Source of the DNA: Lama glama
Lineage: Eukaryota
Length of the DNA stretch: 64,000 bases
Direction of reading: 5' to 3'
NCBI GenBank assembly: GCA_028534125.1
Contig: CM052817.1
Span: forward strand, 39,372,001-39,436,000
Part shown: positions 23,371 to 35,139 of the stretch, piece after piece
Position numbering within the stretch: position 1 is the first letter of the stretch
Layout: every line of letters starts with the position of its first letter
Program-made: the position numbers and the translations under genes
Notes under the pieces: model-generated
What the model was told of the DNA's origin: nothing
Database searches by the model: none
Seen by the model: the letters and a program-made list of their open reading frames with translations, nothing else

Positions 23371-25021
23371 AGCATCCCCCTCCCCCATTGACACACACAC
23401 ACAAGTCTAACCAGAAGTTTCCAGAAACTTCCTTTCTTTACCTAATGTTCCTAAACAACTTTATGAGACAAACTTTAGGCAACGCTTCCTTCAACCAAGC
23501 AGGGAGCCTGGAAAATTCCAGCAGAATTCCATGAGCTTTTCAGGGAATTATGAAGGATCCTTTTTCATGAGATTCTCACATTTTTCCATGTCAAGTTCTT
23601 CCTTTCAGTCATTATCATATTAGCCTAAGAGAACCAACCCCCTCCACACCCCCGCCCCCGCCAAAAAGAGAATACACAAAGAGGGACCAGATTTGTCAAC
23701 AATCTCCTTAGGCTCATTTCCTTGAAATCTTTCTGTCCAGCCTGTGCTTATTTTCCTATCAATGACAAGGACCAGTTCATGGACTGCATGGAATATTTCA
23801 AGGAGACGTGCGATTCTGACCTCTGAATGCCAGGCTGACTTTCACTGTGCGTAGCTAGCTTTGGGGAGAGCAGCCTTTGATCAGCTCAGCGGGGGGAGCT
23901 TTATTAGGAGTGCTTACTGAGGACCGTGCACACGCTGCCGTTTCTGCCCACCCACTGTCTACCCAAGGCAAGGTAGTGGTGGTACATGGCCTCTCCTGAC
24001 TCACGGGAGTGGTGCTTAAGGTTTAGTTTATTTCTTTTTAAAATCCAGCTCCCTTCATAATGACCTGTCAGGGGGTAGTCCCCATCTCTTAATTGTCAAG
24101 GGAGAACCATGCCAAGATCAAAGCAACTGTGGAGACGGGAGGGAAGTCTTAGGACAACAAAAGAGAAAAGAGGAAAGAAAAGAAAGAACAAAGGAGGGAA
24201 GAGTGTAGAGGGAGTCGGGATCACAGCATCCCTCCTGGGCCTCCCCTTCTGCTCGTTTGCGTCTATTAAACCTTCACAGCCATGCATCTTACATACCTAA
24301 GATCTATGGGCAACATGGGGCTGTGGGGCAGGTTATGCTCCATATTCGCAAAGAGAGACCAGTAAACTTTCAGGGGCTTAGCCCTGACCGCCGCCGTCTC
24401 TGGGCTCTGAATACACATTTCACACTGGGTTCTGTTTGGCCACTGCCTGGCTTCACAGCTGTGCCGATTGCTCAGTGGGGAATGCCATGTCTGTTCTCCG
24501 AAGGAATTCAACAAATTAACTATGAACAAAGTCGCTTGGACATAACAGAGATTCACACATGCTGTGTCATGCCAAGGAGAAGCTTGTCAGCTTGCTGTTT
24601 TCACAGATATGAAAAGAAAATTCCCAGGGCCCACCAACTGGATGGAAGTACAACTCTGTTTAGAAATGAAGGCAGGAGACGAGGTGAGGAAACAGGGCAG
24701 CACCACAGGCCAAGATGAAAATCCCCAGAAATACCCCATTAACAGGATCACAAAGACAGTAATTTGTGGTAGGAAGAAAAGCTTATTTTAAATAAGTCCT
24801 CACAGATTAGTATAATATCTATACACAGGCAGAGGTAGATGCAGTGATCTAAAACCAAACAGTGAAAAAGGAAAGACTGGATGGAAAGCCTGCAGACCTT
24901 CAGGGTTTCTGTCTGGTGTTTTATGTACACAATTTACTTTTAATTCATATGATGATCCAGTAAGGTACATGTACACTCGGAAGGACAGTGGGAATGCCTG
25001 AGGCTCAAAAAGAAGTTAAAG

Positions 25022-25317
25022 CAGTTAATCAGACAGAAAAGGTCACAAATTGTATGATTCCATTTATATGAAATATCCAGAGTAGGTAAATCCATAGGGG
25101 TGGGAAGCAGATTCATGGTTTCCAGGCGCTGGGAGGACGGGGAAATGGGAGTCATGGCTTAATGGGTAAAGGCTGCCTCTTAGGGTGGTGAAAGAGTTTT
25201 GAAACTAGATAGAGATAATGGTTGCACAACATTGTGAATGTAATAAATGCCACTGAACTGTGCACTTTAATATGGTAAATTTTATGCTATGTTAACTTTA
25301 CTCCAATGGAAAAAAAA
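25022..25317 (+). mobile_element. Old L1 (L1MB-like) 3' end inserted in a MIR
   Basis: TTGTATGATTCCATTTATATGAAATATCCAG...GGTTGCACAACATTGTGAATGTAATAAATGCCACTGAACTG...; the flanks continue a minus-strand MIR. Confidence 0.85.
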
Positions 25318-25336
25318 GTTCAATAAATTTTGTCTA

Positions 25337-25606
25337 CTCACAGACATAGAAAACAAACTTATGGTTACCAGAGAGGAAAGCAGGTGGGGAGGGATAAATT
25401 GGGAGTTCAAGATTTACAGGTACTAAGTACTATATATAAAATAGATAAACAACCAGGTCCTATTGAATGGCACAGGGAACTGTAGTCAAAACCTTGTAAT
25501 AACCTATAATAAAAGAGAATATGAAAAGGAATATATATGTGTATAAATGAAACACTATGCTGTACACCAGAAATTAACACATTTAAAATTGACTATACTT
25601 CAATTA

Positions 25607-25629
<23 letters not shown>
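25337..25629 (+). mobile_element. Artiodactyl/camelid L1 3' end with (AATC)n tail
   Basis: CTCACAGACATAGAAAACAAACTTATGGTTACCA...GCACAGGGAACT...GACTATACTTCAAT; TSD caataaattttgtcta / caatcaatcttatcta (13/16 identical). Confidence 0.9.
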
Positions 25630-25638
<9 letters not shown>

Positions 25639-26619
25639 TTATCTAGAGTTACATAGCTATCATAGAGTTACATAGGTAGAGCCTAGACTAGAACCCAGGT
25701 TTGGCTAAATCAGGTCCATAACAAAAGATGAATAGTCTGTCAATTCATTAGTGGTTCGTACATAAAACTAACCGGAGTTGCGAACAAGCCATGTCTCTTT
25801 TCAACGCTCGTCCTTGGAACATGTGGTTCTTCCTTTATACCCTTTTTCCTCAGTTTACCAGCCCTAGATTTTTGCCTGGTTAACTTCTCACCCTTCAGGA
25901 TTCCTTCTTCACTACTATAACCATAACCACATGCTTGAGTATATTATTTATTATGTTGTGTTTCCGCCCTGATTTAGTTGTGAGACAGAAGTTTTATCAT
26001 GATGGTTAAATACAAAAATAGTGTTGGTGAAGCACTTTTATCAAAGAAAGGCAAAGTTAAATGTCTTGATTAGTTTAAATCAAGAACTAAGGCAAAGATG
26101 TTTATAATGCATATCTCTGGCTGGTGGAAGATCATTTTTATATGCTTTCTAAGTTTATTTTTATTTTTTAAATTAAACAAATAATTTCTTAAAACCTGCT
26201 ATTTTAATAAATTCATAGTGTACAGAAATATTCTTTAATTTTGTCATTAACCCCTATACTCATCATCTTTTAATTATTCTCAAACATCATCATCACACAA
26301 CAGAAAAAAGAAAACTACCTTGCTTTATTGCAGTTCTCTAGGATATCTGTAGTACTTCAACAATATTTCTGTGTTTTCTTTTTACCTTAAAGGTAAGAAT
26401 ATTTAATTCCTTAATCTTGAATTTATATAAAAAGTCTTATTTTCAGCTCCTTTATGGGTTTAAAAGTTTTTGTGAACTGAAATTGCAATTCAACTACCAT
26501 TTACAAATTGCTTGTAAGTGTATCACAGGATCTCAATTCATGTAGAAAAACTTTAAAAACAAACCCTCTCAGTCTGGTAACTACCTGTCCTGCTCTTCTC
26601 TCAAGAAGCCACCAATACT

Positions 26620-26765
26620 AATTCACTTATCCACACCATGTCCTTGACAGCCAGCGACAGGCGCTATTTCCTCCAGGTTCTGGATGGGGAAACCAAGGGC
26701 AGAGGGGTTAAGTAATGTACTGAAGTCTCACAGCTATTCATGGCCAAGTTTAACTCTCAATCAGT
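26620..26765 (-). mobile_element. MIR fragment
   Basis: GATGGGGAAACCAAGGGCAGAGGGGTTAAGTAATGTACTGAAGTCTCACAGCTA. Confidence 0.75.
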
Positions 26766-27829
26766 CAGCAGTGCTGATTTCCAATTAAAAATTTAAAACA
26801 CAGCCAATGTGAGGAAGTGACATTTCTTTTGTTTTCAAGGAGCATCAGCGTATCTTCCAGACACTAACATCCTACAAGATTAGTCCCCTGGAACTGCTGA
26901 TGGTCTGCCACTTTCCAGTCATCATATTTAAGTTGAATCCAGTCAACTTCACTGATACTCCAGAACTCTGATCTCCTAGAGGCCAGGAATGATTTTCCAT
27001 GAAGCAAGGAGGGTGATAAATTATAGATAAACTGGCTAGAGATTGAAGATGGCATTGGATTGTTCATGGAGAAACTGCATGGCCACAGTTAATACTTTGC
27101 ATAAATCCCTTGATTCGGCACAAATAAAATTTTGATTTATGACACTAAACCTTTAAATGAAAAAGCAGTATGTTTTTGTTTGACTTAATTTGAAGCATAC
27201 TAAAATTGTACTCTATTTCTACAAGCAGTGGATAGCAAGAATGTTCAAGGGTCTCTGCCTATTTTTTAAGCTGTCGTTAGAAATGATTAATATTTAAGAG
27301 AAATCAATAAAAATTGAATTTGAAAAAAATCAATATTTAAGCTAAAGCATTACAAATCACATGACTAACATTGACACCCTTCATATATTAAAAAGGTTTG
27401 TTTTCCTGTGGCATGTGGATAATGCTACAGCTGTTATGAAGCAAAATTTTAAAAGTGGTGATATATTAGTTTGAGCCGTAAGGATAAATCATTTTGAAAA
27501 TCAACCTCAGTCCTTTAAGACAAAGAAAAACATTGGACTAAATGACAGCAAATATTAAATCTCACTGTCAAATATATATTAATGTAAGTACATATGGATT
27601 TGTATACATATCTATTTCTAGCAATCTTTCTTCCACCCTTTCTTGCTTGCACAGTAGCTATGTCAAAAAAGCAGAAGTAGTTATTTAAAATGGTAAATAT
27701 AGTTGTGTTTTAGTTGAGTTGTGGTGGATGAAAAGAATAACAATATCCTTAAGTTCAGAAACCATGCTGCCATCACAATCCCAAAGGAGTCTCCAAGCAA
27801 ACATACACTCTTTATAACTAGTTACAGTT

Positions 27830-28485
27830 TATCCCCAGATTACTGTATGACCTTATATCCTGGTGACCTAGACCAGACCACGCATGAGCTTCCCAGGCCC
27901 CTTTTGTCCCTTCCAGCCTCAGTGTCCCCCAAACTGGGCCTCTCTCTGATTCCTACTTGGCTTTTCGAGAGCAGCCTAGTTTCATTTAAAAAGAGGCGCT
28001 ACCCTGGCATGTCATACTCTGCTAGCTGCACGTGACCCAAGGAAACACAGGAAAACAGCGAAAGAGAATATTTGCCTACACTTTCTTCTATTCATAGTTC
28101 TTTTACGATGAGCCCTATTTAAGGGTTACTCCTCTCCTTTCACTCAGATACTTTTCCAATCTCATGTCATTCCACACTTACCCACGGTTACTCTGCTTTA
28201 GCCAAGCATACAAAGAAATTTTGACATACAAAGAAACAGTCCTCTGTAGCTCGCTCAAAGGCTGTTCCATCCGCCTCCTCTGTGGCATGTGGCCCTAGCT
28301 CGGAGGTCTGCTAAGAGGATTAGAAACCCAAATTCCTCAAGCATTAGTAATAGTTAGGTTTTACTGTTTCTGTGCATGGTTTTTCCTGCTAATTAAATGT
28401 TATCTCTATTAACAAGTGGGCTAAGCCTTGACCAAGAGTAGGTGCTAAACTACACTCAGTTATTGAATAAGTATGCAGGAAGAAT
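27830..28485 (+). mobile_element. L2 fragments
   Basis: AGCTTCCCAGGCCCC..TTCCAGCCTC..GCAGCCTAGTTTCATTTAAAA...CATGTCATACTCTGCT; 3' AGTAGGTGCTAAA..TTATTGAATAA. Confidence 0.5.
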
Positions 28486-29079
28486 AAAAAGGGATTAGAG
28501 CAAATTTTAGTATTATAAATAAAAATTCATAAATTATTTAACATTTCTTTAAGATGCTTTCTAGAAGGGCGATTTATATTTGCTAACTTGTTTTTTTAAG
28601 CTAGTTAACTTCCTACCAAATAGTACACACAGTTGGGTTAACCCAATTTATTTTGGTCAGAAATTGATCTTGGAACCATTCAAATGGTTCATTCAAATGG
28701 ACTGGTTTTCTAAGAATTTGTATAATTTGTGTAATGTATACTGTAAAGTTAGTTGAATGAATTCTTTTGTCAGGAATATATGATCAATGTGCATCTCCTG
28801 AAATACTATTGAATCAACCTTGCTTACAGTCTACCGAAAACAAGGTGAACTACAATTCCTTGCTGTAAGGCAAAGGCCACCATCTCTTACTGTTCAATTC
28901 AGGGAGATCACATGTGGAATTGCAGAAAGTCAGCAACATAATCCAGGTAGCAAAATCCTATGAATCAAATCTTTTTGATATGAGAGGTTCTTTCCAGCTC
29001 ATCTCAGAATTAAATAAAATTTACTTCTATTCTGTCCTCATTCCATGCACCATGTTACTACTATGTTAGTTCACTCATT

Positions 29080-30040
29080 AATGTATTAGTTAATCCATGC
29101 ATTTATTAAACATATATTTATTGAGGACCCACTGTGTGTCCTAATTAAGAAGACACATATTTAAACAGAAAACAAGAACATGTTGAATTATATGAGAGAA
29201 AAATCACAAGATATTTTGGGAGTAGAGGAAAGAGGTATTTAATTCACCCTGTTGGGGGATGTCATGGAAGCCTTTTAAAGGGGAGCCACCCAAGAATAGC
29301 TGTAAATGCTGACACTGAAAAGGGGCAGGTGAAGCATTATCAAAGCACAGATGTGAGACACCACAAGCTGCGTGCCAGAGCAGTTCTGTGTTGTCAGAAC
29401 ACCAATTTCAAGGCAAAGAACTGCAGCAGATGAGGCTGGAGTCATAAGTCAAGACCAGAGCACCAGGGACTTCTTGGCCACCCTAAGGAACTTGGATCAT
29501 ACCCTGTAGGTGACATGAAGTCACTGAAAGGTTTTAGCTAAAGGAGCATCAAAGTCAGATTTGAAATGTTGATTATCCCCTGTGGTGCCTGTGTTGAGGA
29601 ATGAGATTTGAGGCAGACAAAATTAGAGCAGTAAAGATGAGACACCTGTGATAGTAACCCAAGTAGAGACGTAGGGAGAGTCACAAACTGGAGAGAGGCA
29701 ACAGGATTGAAGAACATGCGGTGGATTCAACAAATATTCAGGCTTTAAAATTTGCAAGACAGTAGTGAAAAATGAGTGTTAGGTTTGGAGAATGAGGAAA
29801 AGGGCAGAGCCAAGAATGACAGGTTTCTAACTTGGGTGACTTCATATGTCACTCAAGTAGAGAAACAGAGAATTCATAATGGGAGACAAGTTTAGGGAGA
29901 AGGTGTTCTTTTCAATTAGTTTGAGTTGTGAACAGTACAAATTACATATAGATCATCTCACTACCAGAAAGATACCAGAGTATCTCACAAGTTGACTATA
30001 GGAACTTGGAACAGAAAGTCTGAGCTGGAGATAAAATTGT
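29080..30040 (-). mobile_element. L2 LINE 3' portion
   Basis: ATTTATTGAGGACCCACTGTGTG...GATGAGGCTGGAG...CTAAGGAACTTGGATCATACCCTGTAGGTGAC..GTCACTGAAAGGTTTTAG...GTCTGAGCTGGAGATAAAATT. Confidence 0.85.
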
Positions 30041-30499
30041 AGACCTAACCAATGTTATGAGTCCAAACCTCTTCTTCACTTTGACACTGAAGATACAGTT
30101 TTGATACCATAAACACAGCCACCAGAGGTTGTCATTTTATCTGACCTTCTAGAAAACTCCTTGGGTCCTGGGAATATCAAGGACATTCTCCCTTTCTCCT
30201 CCCTTCTGATAAGAATATTTTAGTGAGTGTTTTTCAGATTGTGTGTCATTATTTGTTAGCGGATTGTGAACTTAATTTTGTTGATGTGTTAGGTATTCAT
30301 TTTGAACCAAGTGGACGAGAACAAAATAGACTGTAATAGAAGCAGCTAGAAAACAGTGTGTCTCATATAGTAATTGTGTATGTGTGTGCATAAAATTAAA
30401 CAAAGTTAAAGATTACTTATTCTTACTGTGTGAGATTCACTTTAGTATAGAATATATTTTCTCTTTTCTTCTATTCAGTTATAGTCCATTCTATTTGAA

Positions 30500-30509
30500 T
30501 GTGTGTGTG

Positions 30510-30540
<31 letters not shown>
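30500..30540 (+). repeat. (TG)n microsatellite
   Basis: Directly visible. Confidence 0.95.
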
Positions 30541-30686
30541 TGGGTTGCAGTGTGTCGGCTGTGATCAAAAACATTTGAAATCCCTGGCCTGGACTGAGAG
30601 AACTTGAAAATAACTTTTAGATAGGGGAGGAAAGAGAAAACATAGTACTCTAAAAGTAGCAAGTTAATATTTAAAAGTTGATTCAC

Positions 30687-31466
30687 TGAAGCCCAGACTT
30701 CAGACAATACTATAGAGCTACAGTCATCAAGACAGCATGGTATTGGTACCAAAACAGACATATAGACCAATGGAACAGAATAGAGAGCCCAGAAATGAAC
30801 CCACAANNNNNNNNNNNNNNNNNNNNNNNNNNNNNNNNNNNNNNNNNNNNNNNNNNNNNNNNNNNNNNNNNNNNNNNNNNNNNNNNNNNNNNNNNNNNNN
30901 NNNNNNNNNNNNNNNNNNNNNNNNNNNNNNNNNNNNNNNNNNNNNNNNNNNNNNNNNNNNNNNNNNNNNNNNNNNNNNNNNNNNNNNNNNNNNNNNNNNN
31001 NNNNNNNNNNNNNNNNNNNNNNNNNNNNNNNNNNNNNNNNNNNNNNNNNNNNNNNNNNNNNNNNNNNNNNNNNNNNNNNNNNNNNNNNNNNNNNNNNNNN
31101 NNNNNNNNNNNNNNNNNNNNNNNNNNNNNNNNNNNNNNNNNNNNNNNNNNNNNNNNNNNNNNNNNNNNNNNNNNNNNNNNNNNNNNNNNNNNNNNNNNNN
31201 NNNNNNNNNNNNNNNNNNNNNNNNNNNNNNNNNNNNNNNNNNNNNNNNNNNNNNNNNNNNNNNNNNNNNNNNNNNNNNNNNNNNNNNNNNNNNNNNNNNN
31301 NNNNNNAAATCACAGAGAAAAAAATGTGACAATGAGTGTGTATATGTCCATGAATGACTGAAAAATCGTGCTGAACACTGGAATTTGACACAACATTGTA
31401 AAATGATTATAAATCAATAAAAAATGTTAAAAAATAAATAAATAAATAAAAATTTTGTCATTAAAA
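30687..31466 (+). mobile_element. Young 5'-truncated camelid-type L1 spanning the assembly gap
   Basis: ORF2 peptide [39 protein letters not shown]1 3' UTR and poly(A) after the gap; perfect 14-bp TSD AAAAGTTGATTCAC (30673-30686 and 31467-31480) at a TT|AAAA endonuclease site. Confidence 0.95.
30807..31306. other. Assembly gap (500 N)
   Basis: Run of N. Confidence 1.
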
Positions 31467-32129
31467 AAAAGTTGATTCACATTTGTATTTAAGGAAATGA
31501 CTGGAATTACGGCAGAGACAAACAAGTCATGAATTAGGAGACGAGCTGGGAACCACATAAAGGTAAAATAAAGAATTATATGCCGATGTATGTAGAACTT
31601 GTCTTTAAATAAAGTTTATTTCAACAGAAAAGTAGATAAGATCAATTAAGACTATGGTATAAAAGGGTAGGGAGTGTTAGGTTAAAGATGAAGGAAGAGA
31701 AGCACATCAAAAAATGGATTGGCAAAGCAAGACATGTCCACAAAGCAGTGTGAGAAGGAGTAGCTAGAGAGTTACAAAAAGAGCCAGCAGAGCGGGCCGT
31801 CATTAAAGGCAAGGATGACAGCGAGTTTCAGCACTCCCCCAACCTCTACAAAATTCCCACCCCCGAAGTCTCTTGGGAGAAGATGCTACAAAAACCTCAG
31901 AAAAGTGAATATCCGTTTGATTTCTTCTTCCCTTGTATAACCTCCCTTCGGCCTGTATTTTATATTTTAAATTAAAGTAAATTAAAATTAACTTTAAATT
32001 GAGAACTTTGTGACTCTGGCTACAAATAAACATTATAAAACTAAGATGAAGAATTATGTAAGGTGTGCATTTTCCTGACCATGAAGGAGTTGAAAAAAAT
32101 CACCTTTCTTGTTAAAACGTCTTACTATC

Positions 32130-32480
32130 ACATCAGAGGATGTGATTCAGTGTTGGGTAACAGAAAAACCTCAAATGACAGCAGTGTTAAAAATATAGAA
32201 ATTTGCTTCTCTCTCTCTCAATCAAAAAGTATGGAAATAAAAACTCCAGAGTTAATATGGCACTCCACAGTGACAATGGCTCAAGCCCCACTGGGTGTGA
32301 CTTTCCTTCGCAAGATCGTCTCATTATTCAATATGGTGGCAGGCCCAGTGAAGTTCCATGTCTTACCTACACTTACATCTCATTGTCTAGTCCTTAGTCA
32401 CATGAGCACACCTAGCTGGAAGGGAAGCTAGAAGCTATAGTCTTTATTCTGAGTTGTTCTGTGCCAATCTATAAATTCTA
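32130..32480 (-). mobile_element. MLT1I/J-like MaLR LTR
   Basis: GTAACAGAAAAACCTCAAATGACAGCAGTGTTAAA...TACATCTCATTGTCTAG..TTAGTCACATGAGCACACCTAGCTGGAAGGGAAGCTAGAAG. Confidence 0.7.
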
Positions 32481-32546
32481 TATACCTTAATTAAATCCGG
32501 GAGAGTCTACGATCACTATCATCCAAATAAAAATAGTTGCCTTTCC

Positions 32547-32658
32547 AAGGTGATCTATCTTTTCAGTTTTCCTGGGATTGAGATGTCTTCTACAATACAA
32601 GACTTTGAGTACTAAAAGTGAGGAAGTTCTGGGCAAACCAGGGGTAGATATCACATTA
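32547..32658 (+). mobile_element. MER81 (hAT-Blackjack) MITE
   Basis: AAGGTGATC..CAGTTTTCCTGGGATTGAG...GACTTTGAGTACTAAAAGTGAGGAAGTTCTGGGCAAACCAGGG. Confidence 0.7.
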
Positions 32659-32938
32659 TCTTTGACATAGTCAAAAAGACTATATACTTATTTTCAACAA
32701 AACTACCAATGCTAAAACCAGGTTTGGAATACCTTTTTAAAATACAGTCTTCAAAGCCTAAAGTTGATTTATGAAAATGTCCTCTGGGGTAGAAAATCTA
32801 CATTTCATTTCTCCAAATAGCCAAGACCCATTTGGAGAAAATTCTGATAAAGTTCAAGCAAAAAATACTGACAGTATTTTTTGACAGTAAACCCAAAATA
32901 TATTTCAGGAAATACTTTGAACACTGGATAACATTGTT

Positions 32939-33083
32939 TTTTTAAAACATTTTTTATTGATTTATAATCATTTTACAATGTTGTGTCAAATTCCAGTGTT
33001 CAGCACAATTTTTCAGTCATTCATGGACATATACACACTCATTGTCGCATTTTTTTTTTCTGTGAGTTATCATAACATTTTGT
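32939..33083 (-). mobile_element. Young camelid-type L1 3' end (~145 bp)
   Basis: Its reverse complement is nearly identical to 31310-31430; perfect 12-bp TSD GATAACATTGTT (32927-32938 and 33084-33095). Confidence 0.95.
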
Positions 33084-34299
33084 GATAACATTGTTGAAAT
33101 AAGACTCAAGTCCTTTCATGGGACTACTTTGAAAGGAAATGATTGCAAAGGAGAACAATTTGTTAGCTTATAGGTATAACTCAACCTATTTTTAAATCAA
33201 TAGCTTAATTAACAAAAGGCCCAAAATATTAATAAAATTATATTTGACTTCTTTGAAAATATGATTTTTCTCAAGCATATCTGTATTTGAATTTTTAATA
33301 GGCATTTCAGTTTTCAGTAAACCTGCATTATATTTTAATTGTGATTCAGAATCAATATTGCCCAAGAGATTATTTCCCATTATAGTCTCTGGAATCGTCC
33401 AGAGCTGCTTTTATAACAATTGATACAAGCCGGGGAGAGCATTTAGATGACTTCTCTAATGACAGCACCTCCACAGACTGCAATGCTGCAAGGTTTCTTT
33501 TCAGCCTTGAAGGGAGGGGACACCAAGGACCCGCTCCAACTTAATCTTTACTTGTCAAATCTGGACCGTATTTTATTTCACAGAATCAGAAGCAATATCT
33601 CAAAACATTTGCTGCGGGGAAAGACTTCCAGATTTGAGCGGAATAGGGCAATTTCATAGGACATTTCAATCAGGCAACAGATTTGTACTATTAATGGAGA
33701 AGTTAATGAAAACAAGTCCCCCAAAAAGAGCTAGCTGTGAGTCGGCATTTTAGACCTTCCAGCACTGAAGTTTGTTGTTCTCATTGACAGACAGGCAAAG
33801 AAAAATCATTCTGCTACTGAGAAAAAGGAAAATGCATTTCATCACCCTATCATACATGAATACAAACTTCTAGAGAAAAAAACATGAGAAACTAATAAAC
33901 AACTATTTATCAAAGGAAGAGGAGGCAACATTTAGCTTGAAAGATTTTGCTCCCAAACTAAATTACATCTTCTATTCTGCTTTGCATAAAATGCATGATT
34001 CTGCTTAGATTGTTCTAGTTACCAAAAAATAAGTGCAAACTTCTGATCTGACTTCATAGTTTTTATGATGTGCTCTCATCCACGTCATAAATGGAATTTT
34101 TTTTTTTTTTGGTTTCGCTTTTATTGAAGTCTGTGCAGTAAATATTAGCAGGTTGGAAAGCCTGACAACCACTTTTCTTAAGGCACAAGGAAAGTGCTTC
34201 CTGCTTTTCCCTCCCTACTGGTATCTGCCACAACATTAATTAAGACATAGTCTTTCCCATTTTTTCACATCTCTTCACATAAAGTATATATAGTAAAGA

Positions 34300-34530
34300 A
34301 TAATTACCATTTCATAGCAGTTAATAATTTTCAAAGTGCTTTCTAAATCAACATCTCATTTTACCCTTCCAGTAACCTTTCTAGATTAATATAATTTTGC
34401 CTACTTTACAGACAAACAATTGAGATGTAGTATGTTTGAATATCTTACCCAAGATCTCATAGCTAGGAAGTGTCTGAAAATTCAGTTCTTCTGAGCCTAA
34501 ACTCAGCACTCTTTCTCCAATGCCAAAAAT
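34300..34530 (-). mobile_element. MIR
   Basis: ATCTCATTTTACCCTTCCAG...TTTACAGACAAACAATTGAG...CTTACCCAAGATCTCATAGCTAGGAAGTG. Confidence 0.8.
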
Positions 34531-34719
34531 TCTATTTGAAAGGTTATCAGAATTTCTTTGTGCTGCTCATGAGAGGAAAAAAAATGAAACCAGTTTAATG
34601 TTCATTCTCTGTTAATATGAGAAAGAGACACTAAATATCAATATTCTTCAGCAAAGATCTGCAGGAGCCAGAATCTAAAAATGGATGCACACACACACCT
34701 CAAATTAGAGGAAGCAGAC

Positions 34720-34870
34720 AGTCAACCATCTTGGAGCATATGTGATGAAATCTAAAAATCTTTTCCACCAAAAAACATGCATGCCACATACAAAATTTAT
34801 AGACAATTTCTGAGAATTTACTGGGCCCGTTTAGCTCCTCTGTAGACAACTGTAGATAGAATCTCTACTG
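34720..34870 (+). mobile_element. MER117-like hAT-Charlie fragment
   Basis: TGTGATGAAATCTAAAAATCTTTTCCACCAAAAAACATGCA..ACATACAAAATTTATAGACAATTTCTGAGAATTTAC. Confidence 0.55.
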
Positions 34871-35139
34871 TCCTGGAAATTTTTAGTCACCGTGGACATC
34901 TAAATCTATTTTACCAATATATCAAGTAGGCATTTTCTAGTTCTCTTACTGGGCTCCTCAATAGCATTAGACCCTAGTTGACATTCCTTTATTCTAGAAA
35001 TATTTTCCTTCTTTGGCTATGTGAGATCACAATAGTTTTTTCCTCCTACTTCTCTGCTTCTTCTCAGACTGTTTGTTCTCAGTCTCGTTTGCTAGCTCAT
35101 GCCTTTCTACCTGGTCTCTGGTTTCCAGTTTCCCAAGGC

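Noticed and set aside
24257..24718. 153-aa plus ORF
   Set aside because: Non-ATG start, no recognisable protein similarity and no supporting splice structure
30471..31391. Longest ORFs in the track (188-306 aa)
   Set aside because: Artefacts of the 500-N gap
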